Shown: in pieces, positions 41,744 through 51,474 of the stretch
How positions within the stretch are numbered: position 1 is the stretch's first letter
Layout: every line of letters starts with the position of its first letter
From: Candidatus Aenigmatarchaeota archaeon
GTDB taxonomy: Archaea; Aenigmatarchaeota; Aenigmatarchaeia; QMZP01; QMZT01
NCBI GenBank assembly: GCA_963726265.1
Contig: CAVSBQ010000002.1
Span: 480,001-544,000 of the forward strand
Reading direction: 5' to 3'
DNA length: 64,000 nt
Program-made: the position numbers and the translations under genes
The notes under the pieces: model-generated
The model's database searches: none
What the model saw: the letters and a program-made list of their open reading frames with translations, nothing else
What the model was told of the DNA's origin: nothing

Positions 41744-41797
41744 CCGGGCACGCAAGACGAGGCGAAGGTGGAGTTGAGGCTGTGGTTCGGAAATTAA
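41744..41797 (+). pseudogene. Displaced second copy of the ndk 3' end
   Basis: Encodes PGTQDEAKVELRLWFGN*, versus the ndk terminus SGTKDEADVELKLWFGMV*. Confidence 0.8.
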
Positions 41798-41866
41798 ATA
41801 TGCACTTCCCCGTTTTTTCTATGATTTTTTAACCTTCCGCCCCAATTAATTAACATAAATGAAAAG

Positions 41867-44815
41867 ATGGGGATAGAATTGCGGAGTCCATTAAGTATTT
41901 TTAGAAAGAAAAGTGGAGAAATACCAGATACATTGGATGCGTTGAACCTAAAAGCGACTGTAGAAAAATTCAAAAAAAAACATCCAAATTATTCAAGAGA
42001 TACAACAAAAAGATATCTTTTAAATTATGCTAATTCTTCGAAATTCCGTTCACGCGGTATTTTTATTCCAGACCAATATGTCGACGATGTTATAAATGCT
42101 GTTTATGAAAAAGAAATGTCAAGAGATGTAGCTCCAGGCGCAATTCCAATAAAAAAAGAGATGGGTGAAAAATTTAGACCCATTGGTTATCTCAGGCCAG
42201 AAAAGGGAAGGCAAAATTACGCTGTTGGTGGAGTAACAGGTATGGTTGTAGATCAAGAAGGAAAACCAGTACATGACGCGCATGTAATTGTCTATTCGTC
42301 TGTTGGACCGATAGGTTCAATGACAGGTGAAGATGGTGAATTTTTCATAGGCAACGTGCCTGCAAGCAAAATACCGTATCAACCTGGAACCCAGGCAGAA
42401 GCTTACAGGGTAGATGTTTACAAAGACTATAGTGATGAGCTGGGAGGAGCCCACAGGGCAGAAGCCCATGCAAAGGTTGTTGTTAGTGTCGGTGACGTAA
42501 ATCCAACCAGACCTGAAAGCATAAAGCTCGATATAAAAAGCGAGACAAAGGAGGAGCAGGTAACGGCTTATTTGCACGGAAAGGGCCCAAGACCAATAGG
42601 TTATAAAGGCCCGGGCGCCGGTGTCGGCAAGGCTGCCAAGCCCCTCACCCTGATATCGGAAAAAATGGGTTCGAGCGTCAAGACCGCCGTCTTCTCGCTG
42701 ATTTTGTTCGTGATAGGCATCGCCGTTTCCGCGGCGTTCGGCAGCATATGGTTCGTGCTGGGTTTCTCCTTCTGGGCGTTCCACGTCATAATACCTGACC
42801 CGGAAGCGATAAAGCTGGCGGAAAAAATCGTCAAATACAAGAAAAACCCGGAAACGGGCGAAATCGAAGAGGTGGAAAAGAAGCAGGTCATAGACAAGGA
42901 TACCGGCAAGATGGCGGGGTGGGGCAGCTATATGGCAAACCAGGAAAACAGGACCAACACCGGCCTCGCCTTCATGAAGGCCGTGAGCAAGGTCGGGATG
43001 GTCGTGTGCTTCATCGGCGGCCTTTACACGACGCAACTGCCCATGGCCAACCTCGTGCTGCTGTTCCTGGCATTCGGCTTCTATTTTTCCATGCCCGTCG
43101 AGTTCGAGCCGACCAAGCCCTATGAATTCATACTTTCCGCATGCAGGTTCCTGCTGGCGCTTTTCATAGCGTTCTTCATCTTCGGCGCGCTGGGCGGCGG
43201 CATATTCCAATCCGTCGAACTCGGCTGGCTCACGCTCGCGTTCTTTGCCGTCCTGCCGGTGGCGACTGAAAAGAAAAACCTCGCAAGAGCTATGGGCATA
43301 ATGGGAAGCGCCTCGGGCGCTAGCTATGATACGATAGACAAATTCGTATTCATGTTCATAATGATATTTTTCGGTGCTGCTGCCGGCTTCAACATGTTCG
43401 GTCTTTTCGGCGAAGGCGGCGCCTTTTTCACCGGAACGGCCGGCATAGTCTTCGGTGCGGTGTGGCTGCTGGGCGTGCTCACGGGCCTCACGACTCCCGC
43501 ATCGACAAGGCCGTGGATGGGCATCATAATACTGATGGTGGGTTTCATGGTCTTCGGCCTCGGCGTGGGCCAGCAGGCGATGGGAACCGCCCTGTTCGGC
43601 CAGTGGTGGCCTACCGTGCACAACACGGCAAACGATTTCCTTACGCCCCTGGGCGACATGTTCAGCCAGTTCCAGAACACGTTCGGCCAGAGCTTCATGC
43701 TGCTCACCAACCCCGTCGGCTACGCGCAGCAGATAACGCAGGGAAACTATGCGCAGAATGAGCTGGGTGTGACAGGCGCATACGGTCTCGAAATACGCAA
43801 GTTCGACGTCCAATCTATCTATATCGATGAACCCTTCATGATACAGATTGAGCTGGAGAACAAGGGGATATACAAGGCCAAAATCAAAAAGGTCGAGGTT
43901 CTCACCAACATAAAAGATTTCCGGATTTCCCAGGCCCCAGACGCCCTGAATAATACGGAGTCGGATGAAACCAAAATGAAAAAGGCATACGAAGACAAAT
44001 CCACTAAAAAGCAGTGGTATAGCTATACGATACCCGGCCTGGAAAATAAGAACATAGAAACTCAGGATGTCCTTCCTATTTTCATTTATGGCGAAATGAC
44101 CTGCAAAGATTTCAATAATTCTGCGTGGAAGGACTTCGGCGTTCTGGGCGGCAAGACTCATACCGTAAGGGAATACTTCATACCCTTCGTTTTAAACGTG
44201 ACTTATGATTACGAGGCGACTTCGAGCCTGCAGATAGATTTCATCTCGAACGACGAATGGAAGAGACTTTCTGCGGAAGACAACCTGAACAGGGGACCGA
44301 AAGCCTCCATAATATCGACGTCGCCGGCGAGCCTGAACCTCGGTGCCATGGACCAGCCGATAAAGGACAATTCGCCGTTCTACGTCGGCTTCAACCTGAC
44401 GACGACGTGGCCGAAGAGCACACAGGTAACAGGAGGCATCGTATACTTCTCCCTGCCCACCGATTTCACCCCCTATCCAGGCATCGTCTGCAGCGATGCG
44501 TACAAAACAACTGAAACTGACAAACAAAGGGATTCTTACAATGTCTACAAATTCAACCTCAGCAAAGGGGAATCGAATTCGAGGATTTGCAGCTATTCAA
44601 GTTTGTCAACCACGCTAACAGCTCCTAAAAAGACCTACACTGTCTTTGCGGATGCTGCTTACACGTTCTCAAGATGGGAGAGCAAGGACACGCAGTTCAA
44701 CTTCAAGGACACGTGCTGGCCCAGAGAAGATGCTGCTTCTGAATCTGGAAGCGCAGGAAGCACAGATGGGAATGAGAGCGGTAGCGGCGGGGCTGGCGCT
44801 TCAGTCCATTTTTAA
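41867..44815 (+). CDS. Large multi-pass membrane protein with carboxypeptidase-regulatory-like domain and large C-terminal beta-rich domain
   Basis: 982 aa; GMVVDQEGKPV...TGEDGEFFI; about 10 hydrophobic segments; C-terminal region with NxS/T sequons. Confidence 0.7.
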   Translation: MGIELRSPLSIFRKKSGEIPDTLDALNLKATVEKFKKKHPNYSRDTTKRYLLNYANSSKFRSRGIFIPDQYVDDVINAVYEKEMSRDVAPGAIPIKKEMGEKFRPIGYLRPEKGRQNYAVGGVTGMVVDQEGKPVHDAHVIVYSSVGPIGSMTGEDGEFFIGNVPASKIPYQPGTQAEAYRVDVYKDYSDELGGAHRAEAHAKVVVSVGDVNPTRPESIKLDIKSETKEEQVTAYLHGKGPRPIGYKGPGAGVGKAAKPLTLISEKMGSSVKTAVFSLILFVIGIAVSAAFGSIWFVLGFSFWAFHVIIPDPEAIKLAEKIVKYKKNPETGEIEEVEKKQVIDKDTGKMAGWGSYMANQENRTNTGLAFMKAVSKVGMVVCFIGGLYTTQLPMANLVLLFLAFGFYFSMPVEFEPTKPYEFILSACRFLLALFIAFFIFGALGGGIFQSVELGWLTLAFFAVLPVATEKKNLARAMGIMGSASGASYDTIDKFVFMFIMIFFGAAAGFNMFGLFGEGGAFFTGTAGIVFGAVWLLGVLTGLTTPASTRPWMGIIILMVGFMVFGLGVGQQAMGTALFGQWWPTVHNTANDFLTPLGDMFSQFQNTFGQSFMLLTNPVGYAQQITQGNYAQNELGVTGAYGLEIRKFDVQSIYIDEPFMIQIELENKGIYKAKIKKVEVLTNIKDFRISQAPDALNNTESDETKMKKAYEDKSTKKQWYSYTIPGLENKNIETQDVLPIFIYGEMTCKDFNNSAWKDFGVLGGKTHTVREYFIPFVLNVTYDYEATSSLQIDFISNDEWKRLSAEDNLNRGPKASIISTSPASLNLGAMDQPIKDNSPFYVGFNLTTTWPKSTQVTGGIVYFSLPTDFTPYPGIVCSDAYKTTETDKQRDSYNVYKFNLSKGESNSRICSYSSLSTTLTAPKKTYTVFADAAYTFSRWESKDTQFNFKDTCWPREDAASESGSAGSTDGNESGSGGAGASVHF

Positions 44816-44826
44816 TAAAATTATTT

Positions 44827-45693
44827 CTAGACCCCAACCATCAGCCGTATCGCGTCTCTCAGGCCGGGTGCAAGGCCGAGGATGAGGATCACGATTTTCA
44901 GGAAGTTCCTGAACTCGCCTTTCTCCGAATAATGGTCGATGATGTAAAGAACTGGTATCAGAACGACGAGCTTGAGGACGAACATCGCGGCCGGGTTCGA
45001 GAGCGCGATGAGCGTGCGCGGCAGCGGGTGCTGCTCGGCGTAGCCGAAGAATGCGAGCGCAACGAATGTCGCGCTCGCGTCCAGCATGTGCGCAGAAAGT
45101 ATGCAGGAATTGTCGAGCGTGAAAATCTGCTTTATGTGTTTTAGGATTTTGAGCTGCCCGAATTTTTTGAAATCCGCTTTTTCAGAGAATTTGTATAGCA
45201 GGAGAAAAAGCGCTGTCCATAGGCCCGTTATGCCCAGTATCATGAGCATGGGTATCGGATAAAACCGGGGCAGCAGTATGAAGTTGATTATATCGAGAGC
45301 TATTCCGGCTGCGAGCATGCATTTCCAGTAAGGCAGTTTTGCGAATTTCTGGATCAGGAGCGAGCCTACGAGAACGACGAGCGCGAGCGTAAACGTTATG
45401 AAATACGAGCCCGGCGTCGGGAATACGGGCAGCGAGTAGAAGGCGCCGAGCGCGCCTGTCAGGACGCCTGCGTATGCGGCGTCATGCAGAACCCGCGTGC
45501 TAGCGCCCCATAAAACGAAGGGCAGGATGGCATAAAGGAAATGGCGGTCGATGCGGATGCTCATGCGCTTGAGAAGCCTGAAGACGAGATAAACCGCCGC
45601 GGCAAGGATGATGCCGTAGACAATCGAATTGATCGGATTGAACCAGCCATTCGAAAGTATCGGGTTCAGAAAATAGTCGTTGAGGAAGTCCAT
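44827..45693 (-). CDS. DUF63-family membrane protein
   Basis: FNPINSIVY, HMLDASAT, YAEQHPL, LGLAPGLRD. Confidence 0.85.
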   Translation of the reverse strand: MDFLNDYFLNPILSNGWFNPINSIVYGIILAAAVYLVFRLLKRMSIRIDRHFLYAILPFVLWGASTRVLHDAAYAGVLTGALGAFYSLPVFPTPGSYFITFTLALVVLVGSLLIQKFAKLPYWKCMLAAGIALDIINFILLPRFYPIPMLMILGITGLWTALFLLLYKFSEKADFKKFGQLKILKHIKQIFTLDNSCILSAHMLDASATFVALAFFGYAEQHPLPRTLIALSNPAAMFVLKLVVLIPVLYIIDHYSEKGEFRNFLKIVILILGLAPGLRDAIRLMVGV

Positions 45694-45765
45694 ATTTTTT
45701 ATTGGTTTGCCCTTTTATAACTTTTCGGAATTTATCAGCAAAGCCGCCTGAGCCATGCGCCTTGC

Positions 45766-46695
45766 CTAAACCGGCAGAAGGCCGCTCCTTATCAGGAACA
45801 TGAAGATTATGAATATCGCGGCCAGCATGATGAGCGAGTGCTTAGTGCCAGCGACGATCGAATTCTCGCCGAGCTGGCCAGCTATAAGGCCCATGAATAT
45901 CGCCTGTATCAGCAGGATGGTGAAGAAGAGCGAGAAGTAATAACATCCTATGCCCGACGGGACGGAGAAGGCAGAGCACATCACGTCGAAATACGCGCAT
46001 GGCAGGGGCATGTATACCTGCTCGCAGGGATTGTTGAAGGTGAATGAAAGCGGCGAAGAGATGCCGCCTGTCGCGCCCTGGCTCTGGCTCATCATTGGTA
46101 TGAGGACCATTATTATGCCTATCGAAATCGCGACGAACATGAAGAATATGCCATACATTATCATGACGTGCTGGCGGACTATCGATTTCCTCTCTTCCTC
46201 TATTTCCTTCAGCGTGATCATGTCCCTTGAAAGCGATTCCAGCGTGGCGGCGATGTTGGCGCCGGAGACGTAGGACTCCTTGAGTATGGACAGGACCTCT
46301 GTTATGAGCTTCGAGGCGCGGAAGCGCTTGCCGAATATCTCCATGGCGCGCAGGAAATGCACGCCCCAGGACAGGCGGTTGGACAGCTTCTGGACCTCGG
46401 GCGTGAGCTTGCCGTAGTTGTTCTTCGTCGTCATCTTTATGGCTTCGGAAAGCGTTATGCCCGACCTCTTGAGGCCGGCGACGTCGCGTATGAAGGCCGG
46501 GAACTCCTTCTCGACCGACTTTATCCACAGGAATTCGGTGTATTTTATCAGGAAGAGCGGGGTTATGACTATGAACAGCGCTATGACTCCGACATTCACT
46601 ATTATGCCGACATCCTGCGTGAGGAAGGCGAAAACGCTTATGAGCATGGCTGCCACGAGCAGCGAAATCCCGACAACTTTTCTTTCCTTTTCCAT
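45766..46695 (-). CDS. Type IV pilus/T2SS-F platform protein (TadC/ArlJ-like)
   Basis: EKEFPAFIRD, YGKL, SGANI, FMGLIAGQLGE. Confidence 0.9.
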   Translation of the reverse strand: MEKERKVVGISLLVAAMLISVFAFLTQDVGIIVNVGVIALFIVITPLFLIKYTEFLWIKSVEKEFPAFIRDVAGLKRSGITLSEAIKMTTKNNYGKLTPEVQKLSNRLSWGVHFLRAMEIFGKRFRASKLITEVLSILKESYVSGANIAATLESLSRDMITLKEIEEERKSIVRQHVMIMYGIFFMFVAISIGIIMVLIPMMSQSQGATGGISSPLSFTFNNPCEQVYMPLPCAYFDVMCSAFSVPSGIGCYYFSLFFTILLIQAIFMGLIAGQLGENSIVAGTKHSLIMLAAIFIIFMFLIRSGLLPV

Positions 46696-46716
46696 AGCAT
46701 CACTTTTATCTCTTCT

Positions 46717-47565
46717 TCAGTCCGTCGGCGAAAGGCTCTTGAGCAGCACGAGGAATCCGGCCGATATCAGGGGTATGAAGAAGAACACCAGGAACGTCTG
46801 CACCATGAGCACGTCGCCTCCCACGAGCGGCGACATTATCGAAGACAGGACGATGAAGAACAGCGTCCCCACGATTATCAGCGTTATGTAAATCTCGGTG
46901 TAGAAGCTTATCTGCTTCGAATAGTCCTCCAGCGAGCGCCTGTAATCCGCCATGAACTCCTTTGACTTGTCCGTCATGTATTCGCCTAAATTGCCGCCTC
47001 TCCTTATTATCGAGAGCATGCCCCAGAGCAGTTCTGAGAATTTCGCGGAAGGCGTCCTGTTCGCGGCTTTCGTCAGCGCGGTCGTGGCGTCCATGCCGAG
47101 CATGTGCATGTCCCTGTATATCCTTTCGCATTCCTTTCCCACTTCTCCTCCTCTCAGCGAAACGACCTTGAACACGTCGGCAGGGTTCATCTCCGACGAG
47201 GCGACTGTCGCCATGTATATGACCGTGAACGGAAGGCTCTTGTTTATCCTGCCCTGTATGCCCTTCGCCCTCATGTTGGGATAATAATAGCCCGCGGCGA
47301 AAACCCCGGCTGCCGAAACGGATGACAAAATTATCGAAAGCGTATACGAATAGAAGGCATACGTGGTCGTGATGGTTATGTAGAACGAGCCCGCCATTAT
47401 GACCGCGGCGAAGGTTATGACTGCATACAGCATTAACGTGGAGACGTATTCCGAGACCGAGCATTTCATCCCGGCCTGCTTCAGCTGCGTGCCGAGCGTG
47501 TCGAAATAATCGGCGTAGGAATCCACTACCCTGCCGAAAAGCCTGTAGGATATCCTTTCAATCAT
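46717..47565 (-). CDS. Type IV pilus/T2SS-F platform protein
   Basis: INKSLPF, AANRTPS, GGNL, TM segments. Confidence 0.9.
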   Translation of the reverse strand: MIERISYRLFGRVVDSYADYFDTLGTQLKQAGMKCSVSEYVSTLMLYAVITFAAVIMAGSFYITITTTYAFYSYTLSIILSSVSAAGVFAAGYYYPNMRAKGIQGRINKSLPFTVIYMATVASSEMNPADVFKVVSLRGGEVGKECERIYRDMHMLGMDATTALTKAANRTPSAKFSELLWGMLSIIRRGGNLGEYMTDKSKEFMADYRRSLEDYSKQISFYTEIYITLIIVGTLFFIVLSSIMSPLVGGDVLMVQTFLVFFFIPLISAGFLVLLKSLSPTD

Positions 47566-47611
47566 ACAATTCCTTTGTTTTTTCGAAACGTAACATCCAG
47601 AACCAGCGCGT

Positions 47612-49414
47612 TCAGGTGCCTTCGACGAGGGCTATTATCCTCTCGGGGTTCGAGTAATAGCCGTTTATGATGCCCGCTACCTGCCTGTAGTCGAACATCC
47701 GCCTCTCGCGCATCCACTCCAGCACGTCTCTCCTGGTTCTCAGCTCCTCCCTGAGGCTCGCCTCGGTCAGGCCGAGCGATCTCGCGATGTGCTCGAGCAT
47801 CTGGCTCTTTTCAGACGTTTCGAATCTGTCTTCAGATGGCTTCCACCTGAATATCTCAGACGTCACCGGCTTGTCGCCTTTCACGCCCGTGACCTCAAGA
47901 ATCTGGTTAACGCGCCTCACGTAGCGGTCCCTGGATTTGACCTGCATCAGGAAGACTATGACGTCCAGGTTCTGTATCAGGCTTGCAGGAAGGCTTATGG
48001 GCGGCGTGGTAAGGCGGTCAACGAGCTGCTGCAGGTTGGCCGCATGTATGGTCGACAGGCCTGCGTGACCTGTTGCAATCTGCTGGAAGAGCACGTAGGC
48101 TTCCATGCCCCTGACCTCTCCGACTATTATGTAATCCGGTCGCTGGCGAAGCGAGGATTTCAGCAGGTCGAAAAGGCTGACTTCGCCTGCTTTCGTGCCC
48201 TCGGATATCGGGGTTCTTGCGACTTCAGGGACCCAGTGGGGATGGGGAAGGCTCAGCTCGGGCGTGTCCTCTATGGAAACGATCTTCATGCTGGGCCTTA
48301 TGAAAAGCGAGAGCGCGTTGAGGAGCGACGTCTTGCCCGACGCCGTCCCTCCGGATATCAGGAGCGACTTGCGGTTCTCAATCGCCAGCCAGAGGTATGC
48401 AAGCTGGATGGCATCCATCGTCCCGTATTCCAGCATATGCACCGGCGTGAGCGGCGCCTTGGTGAACTTGCGTATGGTGAAATTCGATCCCCGCCTCGCG
48501 ATATCCGTCCCCAGCGTTGCGTGGACTCTCGAACCGTCGGGCAGCGAGCCCTCTGCCATGGGCTCCGCGACAGAAATCGACTTGCCGCATTTCTGAGACA
48601 GCTTCATCACGAACGTGTCCAGGTCGTCAGTGTCCGAGAAAACGACGTTCGTCATCAGCGAGCCGAGCAGCTGGTGCCTGTGGTATATGTAAAGCGGTAT
48701 CCCGTCGCCATCGCAGGATACGTCTTCTATGTCCTTGTCGTGCATGAGCGGCTCTATCTTGCCCAAGCCTATTATGTCCCTCTCTATGTAGTATTTTATG
48801 ACGTCGGCCTTGGCCAGATCCATGCGCTTTATTTTTGTGATTATGTTCTTTATCTCGGCCACTAGCATTTCCTTCGCGCGGATTTCGCCGAGCCTCATGA
48901 AGTCTATGTCCAGGCGCTCCTCAAGTTCCTTTTTGACGAACTCTATGATTTCCCTGTCCTTGTCATCGATGTAGGGCTCGACGACGGAGTAAACGACCTC
49001 GTTTATGCGCGGGTCCCACTTTATCTTGGCGTAGGCATAGACTTTCTCCGCCCTGCCTGGCCTTTCCGGGATGAGCGGGTAGGTTATGTCCAGGTTCCTC
49101 AGCATGTCCTTCTCATCGCTGGATAGCGGCGTCGTGAGAGGAGTCGGTTCCTTGGAAATTTCCATCTGTATGCCCGGAGTCTCCTGGATTATTATCTTCT
49201 CGGCAATCACCGACGGGGGAATTTTCGCTTTTTCGCGGTCGGAAAAAAACCTGTCCTTCGGCGGGATGAACTGTCCATACTGACCTCTTTGCATAAGCTG
49301 TTTATGGAGCAGGTAGCCTGTCTTGAGCTTTCTTATTATTTTTTTCGCTTGCCCGCTGGGCTTCGTTTCCCTGGCTTCTGCCGCTTTTATGATTTTAAGC
49401 TTCCTGACCTTCAT
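47612..49414 (-). CDS. Type IV pilus assembly ATPase (VirB11/ArlI/CpaF family)
   Basis: FTIRKF, GGTASGKTS, SIEDTPEL, LRQRPDYIIVGEVRG, TGHAGLSTIHA. Confidence 0.95.
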   Translation of the reverse strand: MKVRKLKIIKAAEARETKPSGQAKKIIRKLKTGYLLHKQLMQRGQYGQFIPPKDRFFSDREKAKIPPSVIAEKIIIQETPGIQMEISKEPTPLTTPLSSDEKDMLRNLDITYPLIPERPGRAEKVYAYAKIKWDPRINEVVYSVVEPYIDDKDREIIEFVKKELEERLDIDFMRLGEIRAKEMLVAEIKNIITKIKRMDLAKADVIKYYIERDIIGLGKIEPLMHDKDIEDVSCDGDGIPLYIYHRHQLLGSLMTNVVFSDTDDLDTFVMKLSQKCGKSISVAEPMAEGSLPDGSRVHATLGTDIARRGSNFTIRKFTKAPLTPVHMLEYGTMDAIQLAYLWLAIENRKSLLISGGTASGKTSLLNALSLFIRPSMKIVSIEDTPELSLPHPHWVPEVARTPISEGTKAGEVSLFDLLKSSLRQRPDYIIVGEVRGMEAYVLFQQIATGHAGLSTIHAANLQQLVDRLTTPPISLPASLIQNLDVIVFLMQVKSRDRYVRRVNQILEVTGVKGDKPVTSEIFRWKPSEDRFETSEKSQMLEHIARSLGLTEASLREELRTRRDVLEWMRERRMFDYRQVAGIINGYYSNPERIIALVEGT

Positions 49415-49537
49415 GAAAATCCGCCCCCAGCAGGCTTGCACCGTATAATATTTGATTCCGTTCTATTAAATAAGTTTACAAAAAGCTCTTTAGAAAAGAG
49501 CTTTAGCAGAAAACGGGAGGCTTTTTAGGAAGTGGCT

Positions 49538-49969
49538 TTAGCGGCGGTCGAGGGTTACGGCGTTGCCACTCTTGTAAATAACCACCTTGCCCGTGTCGCT
49601 TATCACCATGCCGCTGAAAACGAAGCTCTGGTTGAGGCCGTAAAGCGGCGAGAAATCGCTTATGCTGCCGTCGGGTTCCGAGGTTACGTTGACACCGGTG
49701 CCGGAAAGGCTTATCTTGTAGAAATGGCCGCCTATTGTCTTGGGTATGGAAAGGATGTCCGTGGCATTCGCGTCCTCCCTGCCGCACATCTCTATGACGT
49801 TGGAAAGCATGTATTCCTTTATTTCGGTTATCTGGTTCTGCGACGTGGACGCAACGTAGTAATTCTGGTACATGGTGAAGAGCGAGAGCGAGGACATGAG
49901 TATGACGATGCCTATCGCGAAAATGAGGACCTGCTCGAAAACAATCACCTGACCCTTCCGCTTCATCAT
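49538..49969 (-). CDS. Putative pilin (class III signal peptide)
   Basis: MMKRKG|QVIVFEQVLIFAIGIVIL. Confidence 0.75.
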   Translation of the reverse strand: MMKRKGQVIVFEQVLIFAIGIVILMSSLSLFTMYQNYYVASTSQNQITEIKEYMLSNVIEMCGREDANATDILSIPKTIGGHFYKISLSGTGVNVTSEPDGSISDFSPLYGLNQSFVFSGMVISDTGKVVIYKSGNAVTLDRR

Positions 49970-50613
49970 AGCGCCTGCACTTCTATTTTAGAAAGGACGA
50001 GGTCGCCGTTGTTGCGCGCGGCCTCCTGCATGGTCTCGGAGCCGCCGTATGAGAATGATATCCTGCTGTTGCCGCTCGCCTTGCCCGACTTCACCAGCTG
50101 TATTTTGTAGCCCTTCCACGGTTCGTCGCTGTCCAGCTCGCGGTAGCGCAGCGTGAATATCAGTTCGTAAAGGCCGCCCTGCGTGCTGTTGCCCGTCAGG
50201 GAAAGAACGCCCGGCGTCTCTCCGTAGCGCGCGACCGTGCTATTGTCTATCGTGTTGAACAGCACTTCGCCTTTCGTGATAAGCGGCTGGTTTACCTGAA
50301 AATGATAAGTTATGGTATTGGCGGCCTCGTCGACCGTTATCAAGCCCGGGACGGGCAGGACCAGCGAATCCTCGCATGCGCCCTCGAAAGAACAGGAACC
50401 CGCCATGCCGACTATCTTCGAATCCAGGTCTTCCATGAATTTCACGGCAGAAGTGAACTGCGTCACGACAGAGCGCTTCTCTATCATGGGCCTGCCCCAC
50501 ATGTAGGCCACGCCGACCAGCGCTATTATGATGCCCGATATCAGAACAAGGGTGATAGCCTCCGTCTGCGCCTTTCTTGCGCTTTTTGCGGCATTCCTTC
50601 GCATGTGGCCCAT
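49966..50613 (-). CDS. Putative pilin (class III signal peptide)
   Basis: ARKA|QTEAITLVLISGIIIALVGVAY. Confidence 0.75.
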   Translation of the reverse strand: MGHMRRNAAKSARKAQTEAITLVLISGIIIALVGVAYMWGRPMIEKRSVVTQFTSAVKFMEDLDSKIVGMAGSCSFEGACEDSLVLPVPGLITVDEAANTITYHFQVNQPLITKGEVLFNTIDNSTVARYGETPGVLSLTGNSTQGGLYELIFTLRYRELDSDEPWKGYKIQLVKSGKASGNSRISFSYGGSETMQEAARNNGDLVLSKIEVQAL

Positions 50614-50652
50614 GATATTATATTCTGCTCCGCATTATAAAAATTAGAAAAA

Positions 50653-51381
50653 TCAGCCCTTCTTGACAATAATCCCCTTGTCCGTAATGTCTATCGGAAG
50701 GATATCGGTCACGTGCCTCGTCCTTCTCATCTTCCTTATGGAGATCGACCTTGATATGCCCTCGCCTATGCCGAAAAGACTGAGCACTATCACGCCGTCA
50801 GAAACGAATTCGCTTACCCCGTCGCGTGAAAGGCTGCCGCCTCCGCGCTCGCTTATCTCGTTGTCCAGGACTTCCGAGCTTATCAGCGTGGTGGCGCCGG
50901 TTTTCCTGAGCATCCTTATGATCTCGAAAAGCCGCTTCCTGAGCACGGCAGGGTCCTTCATGTACATGCCCATCAGCGAAACCGGGTCCAGCACGACCCT
51001 CTTCGCGTTCAGCGCGTTGATGGCGTTGACTATCGTCGAGGAGATGTCGGAAGCCTCGAAGGGGTTCTGGTAAAGGAATTTGAATAACCCGTCCTTTTCG
51101 AACCTGCCGAAATCAAAGCCGTAGCGGCGCACGTCTTCTTTTATGTCTTCAGGGTCTTCTTCCATGGTTATGTAAAGCCCCGCCTCACCTTTTTTCAGGC
51201 CGTCATAAATGAACTGGGCGCAGAACGTCGTTTTGCCCGTGCCCGTCCCGCCCGTCACAAGGACTGTGGCGCCTTTGACGAAGCCGCCCTCGATAAGCTC
51301 GTCGAGGCCGTGGATGCCTGTGGAAACCCTCACGGCAGAATCCGCGTATTCACCCTGTCCGAACTCGGCTTTTCTGGGCAT
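50653..51381 (-). CDS. KaiC-like RecA-superfamily ATPase
   Basis: TGIHGLDELIEGG, GGTGTGKTT, TMEE, SEFVSDGVI, KMRRTRH. Confidence 0.9.
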   Translation of the reverse strand: MPRKAEFGQGEYADSAVRVSTGIHGLDELIEGGFVKGATVLVTGGTGTGKTTFCAQFIYDGLKKGEAGLYITMEEDPEDIKEDVRRYGFDFGRFEKDGLFKFLYQNPFEASDISSTIVNAINALNAKRVVLDPVSLMGMYMKDPAVLRKRLFEIIRMLRKTGATTLISSEVLDNEISERGGGSLSRDGVSEFVSDGVIVLSLFGIGEGISRSISIRKMRRTRHVTDILPIDITDKGIIVKKG

Positions 51382-51474
51382 ATGATAATATTTATCGGGA
51401 CTGCTTATATTTTTAAAATTTTTTCATCAGGCAGTTTTTACATGAATTGGCAAGAACCGTGCAAAAAACATGCG

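Noticed and set aside
45766..51381. Archaellum operon
   Set aside because: No archaellin or ArlF/G-like genes, and two separate platform proteins fit a pilus better.
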